Both the position numbers and the translations under genes were made by a program. A model generated the notes under the pieces. It worked only from the letters and a program-made list of their open reading frames with translations, made no database searches and was not told the DNA's origin. 56,994 nt of DNA, from NCBI GenBank assembly GCA_002425325.1, contig DIMA01000018.1:74259-131252 (forward strand), written 5' to 3'. Shown in pieces: positions 1 to 9,547 of the stretch. Each line of letters begins with the position of its first letter. The stretch's first letter is position 1. The DNA is from Bacillales bacterium UBA5578 (lineage in GTDB: Bacteria > Bacillota_I > Bacilli_A > RF39 > UBA660).

Positions 1-2
1 AT

Positions 3-329
3 AATGAGATATTAACAGATGATGATGAAAGTGCTGATACTGATGAATTTAATTATCATGAAAGCGCTACTTACGCTTTAGCATTTCCACTATCAATTAT
101 ATTAGCTCGTAGATTATTAATGGATGACGAATATAAAAAAATATTTATGTATGTACTACGTAATATTAATATGTATGATATTCCAACAATATTTGATAAA
201 TTAGGAATAAAAGAATATATAGAAAATGATGATAAATTATTTGAACTAATGAATTTTATAAATAAATATTTAACAAAAAAATTTACTAATCAAAAAATAA
301 ATATAAAAGATAATAAAGAATTATGGTGA
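3..329 (+). CDS. 3' end of a hypothetical protein truncated by the window edge
   Basis: Frame 3 is open from base 3 (NEILTDDDESAD...ARRLL) straight into the listed 120..329 ORF, so ATG 120 is probably internal; no recognisable motif. Confidence 0.7.
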   Translation, partial: NEILTDDDESADTDEFNYHESATYALAFPLSIILARRLLMDDEYKKIFMYVLRNINMYDIPTIFDKLGIKEYIENDDKLFELMNFINKYLTKKFTNQKINIKDNKELW

Positions 330-333
330 TAAT

Positions 334-1221
334 ATGATTATTGTAATAGCAGGTCCTACAGGTGTAGGTAAAACAAAGATGAGTATTGAATTAGCTAAAT
401 TATATAATGGTGAAATAATTAATGCTGATAGTACTCAAGTGTATAAAGAAATGAATATTGGTACTGCGAAAGTAACTGATGAAGAAAAAGAAGATATAGT
501 ACATCATTTATTAGATATAAAAGATGTAACAGAAGATTATACTGTATATGATTATCAAAAAGATTGTAGACAAGTAATCGAAGATATTTTATCCAGAGGA
601 AAAACACCAATATTAGTTGGTGGTACAGGTTTATATATTAAAGCAGCTTTATATAATTATACATTTGAAGAAGAAAATAATATTAGTAGAGATTATAGTG
701 AATTTACAAATGAAGAATTATATAATAAATTACTAGATATTGATAAAGATACTGATATTCATATGAATAATAGAAAAAGAGTTATTAGAGCCTTAAATTA
801 TTACAATAATCATAATAAATCTATTTCTAATAATAAAGATGGAAATACTTTATTATATGAAGATGTATTCTTTATTGGTTTAACAACTGATAGAGATTTA
901 TTATATAAAAGAATAAATGATAGAGTAGATATAATGATAAATAATGGATTAATTGAAGAAGCTAAATATTTTTATGATAAAAAAATAAATAGTAAAGCAA
1001 TTATGACACCAATTTGTTATAAAGAATTGTTTGAATATTTTAATAATAATTGTGATTTAGAAACAGCAATAGAATTAATAAAACAAAGAAGTAGAAGATA
1101 TGCTAAAAGACAATATACATTCTTTAATCATCAATTACCAGTTAAATGGTTTGATGTTGATTTTAATGATTTTAATAATACTGTTAATGAAGTATATAAT
1201 TATATAAAAAAAGCTGATTAA
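334..1221 (+). CDS. miaA: tRNA dimethylallyltransferase
   Basis: GPTGVGKT P-loop, INADSTQVYKEMNIGTAK, ILVGGTGLY, SRRYAKRQYTF. Confidence 0.97.
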   Translation: MIIVIAGPTGVGKTKMSIELAKLYNGEIINADSTQVYKEMNIGTAKVTDEEKEDIVHHLLDIKDVTEDYTVYDYQKDCRQVIEDILSRGKTPILVGGTGLYIKAALYNYTFEEENNISRDYSEFTNEELYNKLLDIDKDTDIHMNNRKRVIRALNYYNNHNKSISNNKDGNTLLYEDVFFIGLTTDRDLLYKRINDRVDIMINNGLIEEAKYFYDKKINSKAIMTPICYKELFEYFNNNCDLETAIELIKQRSRRYAKRQYTFFNHQLPVKWFDVDFNDFNNTVNEVYNYIKKAD

Positions 1222-1233
1222 TTCAGCTTTTTT
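1207..1233. terminator. Bidirectional intrinsic terminator between miaA and the CPBP gene
   Basis: aaaaaagctga-ttaat-tcagctttttt; the miaA stop TAA lies in the loop. Confidence 0.85.
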
Positions 1234-1234
1234 A

Positions 1235-1924
1235 TTATAATATTATTGATACTAATTGTATTATAAATGAGAATGTATTATTTATCATATGTAGACTTAT
1301 TGGAACACATATATTATCTGATTTATATAATGTATAAGCTAATATACAACCAGGTGCTCCATAAGGAATAATATAAATCCATTCTACTAAACTTTGAGCA
1401 CTACCAATTAAATGCATTGATCCAAATATTAATCCAGATAATGCTATAAATACAATTGGATATTTTTTTAATATTTTATAGAAAGATAATCTAAATACTA
1501 ATTCTTCTAATACTGGTGCTATAAAGCAGACAAATGCACATGATATAAAAGGAGAAGATTTAATTAGATCTCTTATTGATTGCTCGTTAGCGGCTATTTC
1601 TAATCCTACTATTTTCATGATTAATGCATTAGAAATATACATTACCATTAACATTAAGCCATAATATTTAATATATTCACCTAAGTATTTTAATGGTTTA
1701 GAAAACCATTCTTTAGTATCTTTAATTACTTTTTTATGCAATATTAATAAAAATAATAATAATTGAATAAACTCATAACCTATAGTTAAAATATTTTTTG
1801 CGATTTCTGACCACGTAGAATAATCAAATGGCAATAAATTTAATATCAATCCAGCAAATGTAGTTGTTAAAAAATATAAAGCTATTACTGATATACCTTG
1901 AATTGTATCTTTAACTTTATTCAT
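1235..1924 (-). CDS. CPBP/Abi (CAAX protease-like) intramembrane metalloprotease
   Basis: Multi-TM protein with APVLEELVFR, FGSMH and ISLHMINN motifs. Confidence 0.9.
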   Translation of the reverse strand: MNKVKDTIQGISVIALYFLTTTFAGLILNLLPFDYSTWSEIAKNILTIGYEFIQLLLFLLILHKKVIKDTKEWFSKPLKYLGEYIKYYGLMLMVMYISNALIMKIVGLEIAANEQSIRDLIKSSPFISCAFVCFIAPVLEELVFRLSFYKILKKYPIVFIALSGLIFGSMHLIGSAQSLVEWIYIIPYGAPGCILAYTLYKSDNICVPISLHMINNTFSFIIQLVSIIL

Positions 1925-2000
1925 TAAATCACATCCTATTATTAATTATAGCAAATAAATGAAAAAAAATAATAAAAAAGTATTAAAAATATTAAAAGTG

Positions 2001-2009
2001 TGATATAAT
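2001..2009 (+). promoter_or_regulatory. Extended -10 sigA promoter element of the rimP-nusA operon
   Basis: TGaTATAAT about 60 nt upstream of the rimP ATG. Confidence 0.65.
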
Positions 2010-2027
2010 ACAAGCAGTTCTACAGCG

Positions 2028-2060
2028 AAGAGTGGGTTTCCCACTCTTTAATATTTATTT
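2028..2060 (+). promoter_or_regulatory. rimP leader hairpin, probable NusA-dependent attenuator
   Basis: aagagtggg-ttt-cccactctt followed by an interrupted U tract, lying between the promoter and the RBS. Confidence 0.65.
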
Positions 2061-2069
2061 GGAGGTTAT

Positions 2070-2324
2070 ATGAATATAGTTGAAGAAGTAACTAAATTAA
2101 TTAAAGAACCAGTTACATCTGCTGGTTATGATATTGATGAAATATTATATGTAAAAGAAGATGGTAATCAATTTTTAAGAGTAGTAATCACTAAAAATGG
2201 AATAATAGATGTTGAAGATTGTGTAGTTGTAAGTAACATAATTAATCCATTATTAGATGAAGCAAATTTAATTGAAGAACAATATATTTTAGATGTATGT
2301 TCAAAAGAGAAAGGTTGTGAATAA
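2070..2324 (+). CDS. rimP: Ribosome maturation factor RimP, N-terminal domain only (84 aa)
   Basis: FLRVVITKNGIIDVEDCVVVSNIINPLLDE..YILDVCS; first gene of the nusA operon; no room for the C-terminal domain. Confidence 0.85.
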   Translation: MNIVEEVTKLIKEPVTSAGYDIDEILYVKEDGNQFLRVVITKNGIIDVEDCVVVSNIINPLLDEANLIEEQYILDVCSKEKGCE

Positions 2325-2325
2325 A

Positions 2326-3516
2326 ATGGATAGTAAAGAATTTAAAAAAGCATTAGATTTATTAGTTAAAGAAAAAGATATTTCAGAAGATTATATAATT
2401 GAATCAATGACATTAGCTTTAACTAGTGCATATAAGAAAAATTATCATTCTTTATCAAATGTTAGAGTTGATATTAATAAAGAAAGTGGAGAAATTAAAG
2501 TGTTTTCATTTAAAACAGTTGTTTTAGATAAAGAACATAAAGTATCATTAGATGAAAATGATTATGAAGATGATTCATTAGAAGGTATTACTTCATTTGC
2601 TGATTTAGAAAATATGGAATTTGATGATGAGGAAGAAGAAGTTTATGAACCATTTATTTACGATGAAAGAATTCATATTACTTTAGAAGAAGCTCAAAAA
2701 ATAGTTCCAGGTATTCAAGTTGGAGAAACAATTGAAGAAGAAGTTACTCCACGTGATTTTGGTAGAGTTAGTGCTGCTACAGCTAAACAAGTGATAGTTC
2801 AAAAAGTTCGTGAAGCTGAAAGAAATAATATAGCTAAAGAATTTGAAGAAAAAGAAAATGAAATGGTTACTGGTATTGTTGAAATGGAAGATGAAAGTAA
2901 TTACTTTATTGATTTAGGAAAAACTCAAGGTTTATTACCAAAATCTGAAATTATTCCAGGTGAAGAAATTAAAATGGGATCTAATATAAAAGCTTATATT
3001 AATAAAGTTAATATTAATTCTAAAGGTGCTTTAATATTATTAACTCGTAAACATTATGGATTTGTTAAGAGATTATTCGAATTAGAAATACCAGAAATAA
3101 ATGAAGGTGTAGTATTAATTTATAGTATTGCACGTGATCCAGGAAATAGAACTAAGATAGCTGTATATTCAGAAAATAGTAATGTTGATCCAATAGGAGC
3201 ATGTATTGGTGAACGTGGAAGTAGAATTAATGCTATTATCAAAGAATTAAATGGTGAAAAAATTGATGTAATTGCATACAATAAATCACAAGAAGAATTT
3301 ATTGCTAATGCTTTAAGTCCTGCTAAAGATGTAAGAGTATTTATTATTGATGAAAAAAATAAAGAAGCTTTAGTAGTTGTTGATGATGAAAATTTATCAT
3401 TAGCAATTGGTAAAAAAGGATTAAACGTTCGTTTAGCATCTCGTTTAACTCATTATAAGTTAGATGTTAAAACAGTAGATCAAGTTAAGGAGTCTGGAAT
3501 TAATATTCTAGAATAA
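2326..3516 (+). CDS. nusA: Transcription factor NusA (start moved to ATG 2326)
   Basis: VTPRDFGRVSAATAKQVI, ARDPGNRTKIAV, GACIGERGSRI, AIGKKGLNVRLASRLT. Confidence 0.97.
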   Translation: MDSKEFKKALDLLVKEKDISEDYIIESMTLALTSAYKKNYHSLSNVRVDINKESGEIKVFSFKTVVLDKEHKVSLDENDYEDDSLEGITSFADLENMEFDDEEEEVYEPFIYDERIHITLEEAQKIVPGIQVGETIEEEVTPRDFGRVSAATAKQVIVQKVREAERNNIAKEFEEKENEMVTGIVEMEDESNYFIDLGKTQGLLPKSEIIPGEEIKMGSNIKAYINKVNINSKGALILLTRKHYGFVKRLFELEIPEINEGVVLIYSIARDPGNRTKIAVYSENSNVDPIGACIGERGSRINAIIKELNGEKIDVIAYNKSQEEFIANALSPAKDVRVFIIDEKNKEALVVVDDENLSLAIGKKGLNVRLASRLTHYKLDVKTVDQVKESGINILE

Positions 3517-3520
3517 TAAT

Positions 3521-3775
3521 ATGAAAAAGATTCCAATGAGAACATGTGTTATTACACGTGAAAAATTAGAAAAAAAAGATTTAATTAGGGTAGTTAGAAC
3601 TCCTGAAGGTAGTGTAGTAATAGATGAGACTGGTAAAATGAACGGACGAGGAGCTTATTTAAAAAAAGATATAGAAGTAATAATTAAAGCTCAAAAAAGT
3701 AAAGTATTAGAGAGAGTTTTAGAAACAAGTATTAATGATGAATTATATGATAATTTAAGAAATAATGTTGAATAG
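3521..3775 (+). CDS. ylxR: YlxR/RnpM family RNA-binding protein
   Basis: KKIPMRTCVITRE..KKDLIRVV, GRGAYL; conserved position after nusA. Confidence 0.92.
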   Translation: MKKIPMRTCVITREKLEKKDLIRVVRTPEGSVVIDETGKMNGRGAYLKKDIEVIIKAQKSKVLERVLETSINDELYDNLRNNVE

Positions 3776-3792
3776 AAAGAAGGTGCTTGCTC

Positions 3793-5901
3793 ATGATGAG
3801 TGTACTAGAATATGCTTTAGATGTTAATAAGTCTGTAGATGAGATTTTAGCTTTATGTAAAAAATTAAATATCGAAGCTTCAAATGAAGATGATGAATTA
3901 GATGAAGAAGCCATTACAGAATTAGATAATGTTATTGCTAATGAAGAAATTGAAGAAGAAAACATCAATGATGAAATTGAAGATGAATTAATAGAAAAAG
4001 AAAAAAATAAAATTGAAGACATTGTAAGTGGCGGAAAAAATAAAAAGAATTTATCTAATAAAATAAACAAAACTTCAAAAAAAGAATTAGCAAAAAAGAA
4101 AAAAGAAATGTATAAGAGTAAGGAAAAACTAATCAGTAATGCACCAGTAGAAAATAAAAATGATGTCATTTATAAAGATGGAATGACAATTGGTGGTTTA
4201 GCTAAAGAATTAAATGTAGATGCTGCTGAATTAATTAAAAAGTTATTTATGTTAGGAACTTTAGCTACAATTAATAATGTTATAGATTTTGAGAATGCTT
4301 CTCTTTTAGCTATGGATTATGGAAAAGAATTAAAATATGAAGAAAAATTAGATGAAGCTAAATTTGAAGATTTTGTAATAGTTGATAATGAAGAAGATTT
4401 AGTTAAAAGACCTCCAGTTGTAACTATTATGGGTCATGTTGACCATGGTAAAACAACTTTATTAGATACTATTAGAAAAACAAGTGTTGCATTAGGAGAA
4501 GCTGGTGGTATTACACAAGCAATTAGTGCATATCAAGTAAAATGTAATGGTGAAACAATTACATTTATAGATACTCCAGGGCATGCTGCATTTACTGAAA
4601 TGCGTGCTAGAGGAGCTAGTATAACTGATATTGTTATTATTATCGTTGCTGCTGATGATGGAGTTATGCCTCAAACTAAAGAAGCTATTGATCATGCTAA
4701 AGCTGCAGGGGTACCAATATTAGTTGCTGTAAATAAAATTGATAAGCCAGCTGCTAATGTAGAAAGAGTAATGACTGAATTATCTGAATATGGTTTAACA
4801 CCAGACGCATGGGGTGGAGATACTATATTTACAAATATTAGTGCTAAACAAGGTACTGGTATTGATACATTACTTGAAAATATTCTATTAGTTGCTGAAA
4901 TGGAAAACTATAAAGCAAATCCAAATAGATATGCTAGTGGTAGTGTAGTAGAATCTAAATTAGATAAGCAAGTTGGTTCTATTGTTACAGTATTAGTTCA
5001 AAATGGTACATTAAGATTAGGTGATCCAATTGTAGTTGGAAGTGCTTATGGAAAAGTAAGAACATTAAGAAATGATAAAGGTGAAGAAATTACTTATGCC
5101 TTACCATCACAACCAGTTGAAATAACAGGATTAAACAAAACACCAAAAGCTGGAGATAAATTCATGGCTTTTGAAACAGAAAAACAAGCTAGAAGTATTG
5201 GCTTAACTAGAGAAGAAGAAGAAAGATTAAATCAAAATAAAGCAAATAGTATGTCTTTAGAAGATATATTTGCAAAAATCCAAGATGGTGTTAAAGAAGT
5301 AAATGTAATTATTAAAGCTGATGTTAACGGAAGTGCAGAAGCAGTTAAAGGTTCATTAGAAAAAATTGAAGTAGATGGTGTTAGAGTAAAAGTAATTAGA
5401 AGTAGTGTAGGAGCTATAACAGAAAGTGATATAGTTTTAGCAGGAGCTTCAAATGCTATTATCATTGGATTTAATATTAGACCAAATAATGCTATAAAAG
5501 ATACAGCTAAAGAAAATGGTGTAGAAATTCGTTTATATGATATTATCTATAAAGCTGTTGAAGAAATGGAAGCTGCAATGAAAGGTATGTTAGATCCAGA
5601 ATATGAAGAAGTAGTATTAGGTTCAGCTGAAGTAAGACAATTATTTAAATTCTCTAAAGTTGGAACTATAGCTGGTTCTTATGTCTTAGATGGTGTTATT
5701 AAAAATAATGGTAAAGTACGTATTATAAGAGATAGTGTTGTTATATATGATGGTACTATTGGATCTATTCAAAGAGAAAAAGATCAAGTAAAAGAAGTTA
5801 AAAAAGGATTTGAATGCGGAATTACTATTAATGGATATAATGACATTAAAGAAGGCGATATCTTAGAAGTATACGCAATGGTAGAAAAATCTAGAGATTA
5901 A
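3793..5901 (+). CDS. infB: Translation initiation factor IF-2
   Basis: [32 protein letters not shown]; RBS aaggtg favours ATG 3793. Confidence 0.98.
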   Translation: MMSVLEYALDVNKSVDEILALCKKLNIEASNEDDELDEEAITELDNVIANEEIEEENINDEIEDELIEKEKNKIEDIVSGGKNKKNLSNKINKTSKKELAKKKKEMYKSKEKLISNAPVENKNDVIYKDGMTIGGLAKELNVDAAELIKKLFMLGTLATINNVIDFENASLLAMDYGKELKYEEKLDEAKFEDFVIVDNEEDLVKRPPVVTIMGHVDHGKTTLLDTIRKTSVALGEAGGITQAISAYQVKCNGETITFIDTPGHAAFTEMRARGASITDIVIIIVAADDGVMPQTKEAIDHAKAAGVPILVAVNKIDKPAANVERVMTELSEYGLTPDAWGGDTIFTNISAKQGTGIDTLLENILLVAEMENYKANPNRYASGSVVESKLDKQVGSIVTVLVQNGTLRLGDPIVVGSAYGKVRTLRNDKGEEITYALPSQPVEITGLNKTPKAGDKFMAFETEKQARSIGLTREEEERLNQNKANSMSLEDIFAKIQDGVKEVNVIIKADVNGSAEAVKGSLEKIEVDGVRVKVIRSSVGAITESDIVLAGASNAIIIGFNIRPNNAIKDTAKENGVEIRLYDIIYKAVEEMEAAMKGMLDPEYEEVVLGSAEVRQLFKFSKVGTIAGSYVLDGVIKNNGKVRIIRDSVVIYDGTIGSIQREKDQVKEVKKGFECGITINGYNDIKEGDILEVYAMVEKSRD

Positions 5902-5914
5902 TTTAGGTGATAAT

Positions 5915-6259
5915 ATGAATTTAAAGATTGAAAGATTAAATAATACGTTAATGCGTGAAATTAGTATGATATTAATGCAAGAAGTAAAAGATCCTAATTG
6001 TAAATTTGTTACTATAACAGCAGTTAGAACAACTTCTGATTTAAGTTATACTAAAATTTATGTTACTACTTTAAAAGATGAGTTTAGAAAAGAAACCATG
6101 AAAGCATTAAAAAATGCTAGTGGTTTTATTAGAAGAGAATTAGCTAATCGTATTGAAGTAAGACATATACCTCAATTAGAATTTGTTTATGATGAATCTA
6201 TTGAATATGGTAAGAAGATAGAAGATAAAATTAGAGAGATACATAATGAAGATAAATAG
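5915..6259 (+). CDS. rbfA: 30S ribosome-binding factor A
   Basis: VTITAVRTTSDLSYTKIY, ASGFIRREL, RHIPQLEFVYDESIEYG. Confidence 0.96.
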   Translation: MNLKIERLNNTLMREISMILMQEVKDPNCKFVTITAVRTTSDLSYTKIYVTTLKDEFRKETMKALKNASGFIRRELANRIEVRHIPQLEFVYDESIEYGKKIEDKIREIHNEDK

Positions 6260-6284
6260 TTTTTTACTATTTATCTTTTTTTTT
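6250..6284 (+). terminator. Intrinsic terminator of the rimP-rbfA operon
   Basis: agataaatagt-ttttt-actatttatct plus T run; stop TAG in the 5' arm. Confidence 0.85.
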
Positions 6285-6314
6285 GATATAATAATATAGA
6301 TAGGAGGAATAAAA

Positions 6315-7220
6315 ATGGATGGAAATCAAAATGTTTATAATGTAGAACAACCAATGTATAATCAACCAGAGCCAAAGAAAAAATCTTCATTACCTATAAT
6401 ATTATTAGTTGTTGTATTAATAGGTGCTGGATTAGCAGGAGGATATTTTTTAGGAAGTAAAAATAAAGAAGATAAAACAACTAAGAAAGATGAAAAAAAG
6501 ATAGAAGTATCTAAAGAAAAATTAGACGAATTATTAGATAATAGTTATTATTCTTCTTTAACAGGTCATGATATTGTTGAAAGAGGATTAAATGAGAACT
6601 CTAAATTTGCTTTAGTTTTTCATAAATTAGAACAAGATGAAACAAAATTAAATAAAATTGAAATAGCATCATTATATGGTAAAGATGCAAATGTAAAAGT
6701 AGAAACGTTTGAAGGCGAAAAAGAATATATTTTTGATATTACAATTGATGGAGATGAGTATTATATTGATGATGCATCATATTATTCGTATGAAGATGTA
6801 AATAAAATATATAAAACATTATTTAATGAGGAAGCACCAAAAAAATCTAATAGTGGAGATGCTACATATTATTATTGTAGTGCTGTAGATGGTTATATTA
6901 AACCATCATTAGGAATTGGGGCTTTATTTAATCCTATACCAATTCATGCAGTAAAAGATTATAGTGTTGATGGTAATAAATTAACTATTAATGTATATCA
7001 TGCAACTTATGATTTTGAAACATCAGTTGATGATAGCGATAATGTTACTATTACAATGGATAATGATAATTCAATAAAATATACATTAACTAATGATGAA
7101 AATGTATATAAAACAATTACAGATGATATGTTAAAAAATCATAAAGATAAATTAGATATAGTTAAGTTTATTTATACTATAGACGGAGATAACTATTATT
7201 TAACAGAAATAAAAAAGTAG
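6315..7220 (+). CDS. Hypothetical single-pass membrane-anchored extracellular protein
   Basis: N/Q/P-rich N-terminus, KKK, one hydrophobic helix, then an acidic soluble domain; RBS aggagg. Confidence 0.75.
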   Translation: MDGNQNVYNVEQPMYNQPEPKKKSSLPIILLVVVLIGAGLAGGYFLGSKNKEDKTTKKDEKKIEVSKEKLDELLDNSYYSSLTGHDIVERGLNENSKFALVFHKLEQDETKLNKIEIASLYGKDANVKVETFEGEKEYIFDITIDGDEYYIDDASYYSYEDVNKIYKTLFNEEAPKKSNSGDATYYYCSAVDGYIKPSLGIGALFNPIPIHAVKDYSVDGNKLTINVYHATYDFETSVDDSDNVTITMDNDNSIKYTLTNDENVYKTITDDMLKNHKDKLDIVKFIYTIDGDNYYLTEIKK

Positions 7221-7237
7221 ATTTATAATCTACTTTT
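7213..7237. terminator. Bidirectional terminator overlapping both convergent stop codons
   Basis: aaaagtagatt-tat-aatctactttt. Confidence 0.8.
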
Positions 7238-8186
7238 AATTTGCTTCTTTATAGAACTCTTTATTATAATTATGTTCGATTGTATCTAATTTTAATAATC
7301 TTTCACTATCAATTAAGAAGTAATCTCTTAGAAGTATTTGACTACCTGTGCTAGTAACTGGATCATCCCATGTAGCATCTAAGTGTAACCATTTATCTTC
7401 TAATCTTATTAAATTCCAAACATGTTTATCAGCAGATATTCTTATATTTGGAATACTTAATCTATGAATATATATTGCCATAATATCACTATAACCACCA
7501 CATAAAGAAACATGATTTTTTAATAATCCTTTAGCGGTATGACTTTCACTATCTTTATACTTATCACTATTCATATTATTAGCTCTTGCTTTATCATAAA
7601 CAGTAGTTTTTATAATATAATCATGAAATGTTTGTATTTTTAATTTAGGTGTCATATCTTCTGTTATTATAGCTTTATTAATCTTATCTATTTCTTGATT
7701 TATATATTTTATATCTTCAATAGAATATTGTTTATTTACTTTAATAATAACTTTACCATAATTATTCATTACAACAGTTAATTTTTTGTATGAATTAAAT
7801 GGGTGTACTAAATTATTTATATCTGATAATACATCATATTCAATATCATTATTATCACTAGGTATTAATTTATCTATATCTTCAGTACATGTTTTATATT
7901 TATCTGAACAATAGAAATAAAATTCTTCTTGTCCACTATCTAATATAGTATAAATAATATTTAATAAGTGTTGATAGTCTCTAGCAACAAAATCACTAGT
8001 TATTTGTACATATTTATAATCTCTATTAAGAGAATATTCATTCTTGTCTATTTCTATAGTAGCATTTTTATTGTATATATAATTGTTTACAATGTATGTT
8101 GTAATCTTTTCATTATATACAGCTACTAGAATAACTAGAATAGTAAATAATATATTTATAATTGTACGACTCTTGATTTTCCTCAT
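7236..8186 (-). CDS. Membrane-anchored transglutaminase-like (Cys-His-Asp) domain protein
   Basis: N-terminal TM; SLCGGYS, KHVWNLI, WLHLDATWDD triad. Confidence 0.85.
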   Translation of the reverse strand: MRKIKSRTIINILFTILVILVAVYNEKITTYIVNNYIYNKNATIEIDKNEYSLNRDYKYVQITSDFVARDYQHLLNIIYTILDSGQEEFYFYCSDKYKTCTEDIDKLIPSDNNDIEYDVLSDINNLVHPFNSYKKLTVVMNNYGKVIIKVNKQYSIEDIKYINQEIDKINKAIITEDMTPKLKIQTFHDYIIKTTVYDKARANNMNSDKYKDSESHTAKGLLKNHVSLCGGYSDIMAIYIHRLSIPNIRISADKHVWNLIRLEDKWLHLDATWDDPVTSTGSQILLRDYFLIDSERLLKLDTIEHNYNKEFYKEAN

Positions 8187-8238
8187 ATACTATCACCAAT
8201 TTTATTGTATCATAGATAAATAAAAAAATGGAGTAATT

Positions 8239-8502
8239 TTACTCCATTTCATTAATTTTTTTTGTTAATCTAGATTTGTTACGAGCGCAAGTATTTTTGC
8301 TAATAACACCATTTTTTACAGCTTTATCAATATTTTTAATAGCAACTTTTAAGCAATCTGTTGCTTCTTTTTTATCATTATTTGCTACAGCTTTTTCAAC
8401 TTTCTTAATAGAATTTTTCATAGTAGCAGCATATTGGTTATTAATAACTTCTTTTTTAGCGTTAACTAAAATTCTTTTTTCAGCATTCTTCATGTTTGCC
8501 AT
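8239..8502 (-). CDS. rpsT: 30S ribosomal protein S20 (start moved to 8502)
   Basis: MANMKNAEKR..., IDKAVKNGVISKNTCARNKSRL; RBS gaggtg on the minus strand. Confidence 0.95.
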   Translation of the reverse strand: MANMKNAEKRILVNAKKEVINNQYAATMKNSIKKVEKAVANNDKKEATDCLKVAIKNIDKAVKNGVISKNTCARNKSRLTKKINEME

Positions 8503-8602
8503 AATATTCACCTCCGCCTCACATACATACATATTTTAGCAAATATTAATTAAAAAAGCAAATAAAATAAGACATTTTGTGAAAAATATTAATGGTGATT
8601 AA

Positions 8603-9484
8603 ATGAAACATGAAGTAGATTTACAAAAATATTCTATTTATACTGATTTAGCATTAGAGTCTATTAAAATAAACAAAATAAATAAATATGATAAAAAAAG
8701 TATAAAATATAAAGATGTTAATGTAACAAAATTATTTGTTGATAAAAAATTAAGCAAAAAAATAAATAAAAAAGAGGGAAACTATACAACGATAGAATTT
8801 AACGATATTACTGATTCACTTAATCAAAATAGATTAATTAAAGTATTAAAAAATGAGTTAAGTAAATTTATAAATGTAAGTAAAAAGGATTTAATATTAA
8901 TTGTTGGTTTAGGTAACGAACAATCAACACCAGATTCATTAGGACCTAAATGTATTGATAATATTATATCTACTAATCAATTATATGATTTAAATATATT
9001 AGATAATAATCATTATAGAGTAGCTACATTTAAGCCAAGTGTATATGGTAGAACAGGTATAGAAACATCAGATATAATTATAAGTATTTGTAAGAAAATA
9101 AAACCTAGTTTAGTAATTATTATTGATTCATTAGCTAGTGGTTCTATTGATAGATTAAATAAGACAATTCAAATAACTGATACTGGAATATCACCTGGTA
9201 GTGGTATTGGAAATAAAAGAAAAGAAATATCTAACAAATCATTAAATACTAATGTATTAGCACTAGGAGTTCCTACAGTAGTATCTGAATATAATATTTT
9301 ATATGAAATATTAGTTAATAATGATTTAGATACTAATAGTATATTAGATTATGTTATAAATAATGACAAATATAATTTAGTTGTTACACCTACAGAAATA
9401 GATTTTATAATAGATTGTTTAAGTAAAGTTATTTATACATCATTAAATGAATTATTTAGTGATAAAATAAGTAAATCTAAATAA
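8603..9484 (+). CDS. gpr: GPR endopeptidase (spore germination protease)
   Basis: YTDLALE, LIVGLGNEQSTPDSLGP, GRTGIET, IIIDSLAS, IQITDTGISPGSGIGNKR; divergent from rpsT as in Bacillus. Confidence 0.92.
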   Translation: MKHEVDLQKYSIYTDLALESIKINKINKYDKKSIKYKDVNVTKLFVDKKLSKKINKKEGNYTTIEFNDITDSLNQNRLIKVLKNELSKFINVSKKDLILIVGLGNEQSTPDSLGPKCIDNIISTNQLYDLNILDNNHYRVATFKPSVYGRTGIETSDIIISICKKIKPSLVIIIDSLASGSIDRLNKTIQITDTGISPGSGIGNKRKEISNKSLNTNVLALGVPTVVSEYNILYEILVNNDLDTNSILDYVINNDKYNLVVTPTEIDFIIDCLSKVIYTSLNELFSDKISKSK

Positions 9485-9547
9485 CTTTTATCTATGAAAA
9501 TAAAGGGATTCATGATATAATATGCACTAGAGAAAGGGGCAGATATT

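Noticed and set aside
120-329. 69-aa ORF as a complete gene
   Set aside because: The frame is open back to the window start; it is the tail of a longer gene.
3732-4169. 145-aa minus-strand ORF and similar antisense ORFs in infB, der, dusB, polC, ileS and lepA
   Set aside because: Shadow frames of real genes, enriched in S/F/I/L, with no RBS.
8276-8539. 87-aa plus-strand ORF
   Set aside because: Antisense shadow of rpsT.
8565-8602. sigF/sigG promoter for gpr
   Set aside because: Only partial matches in AT-rich DNA; no spacing satisfied both elements.
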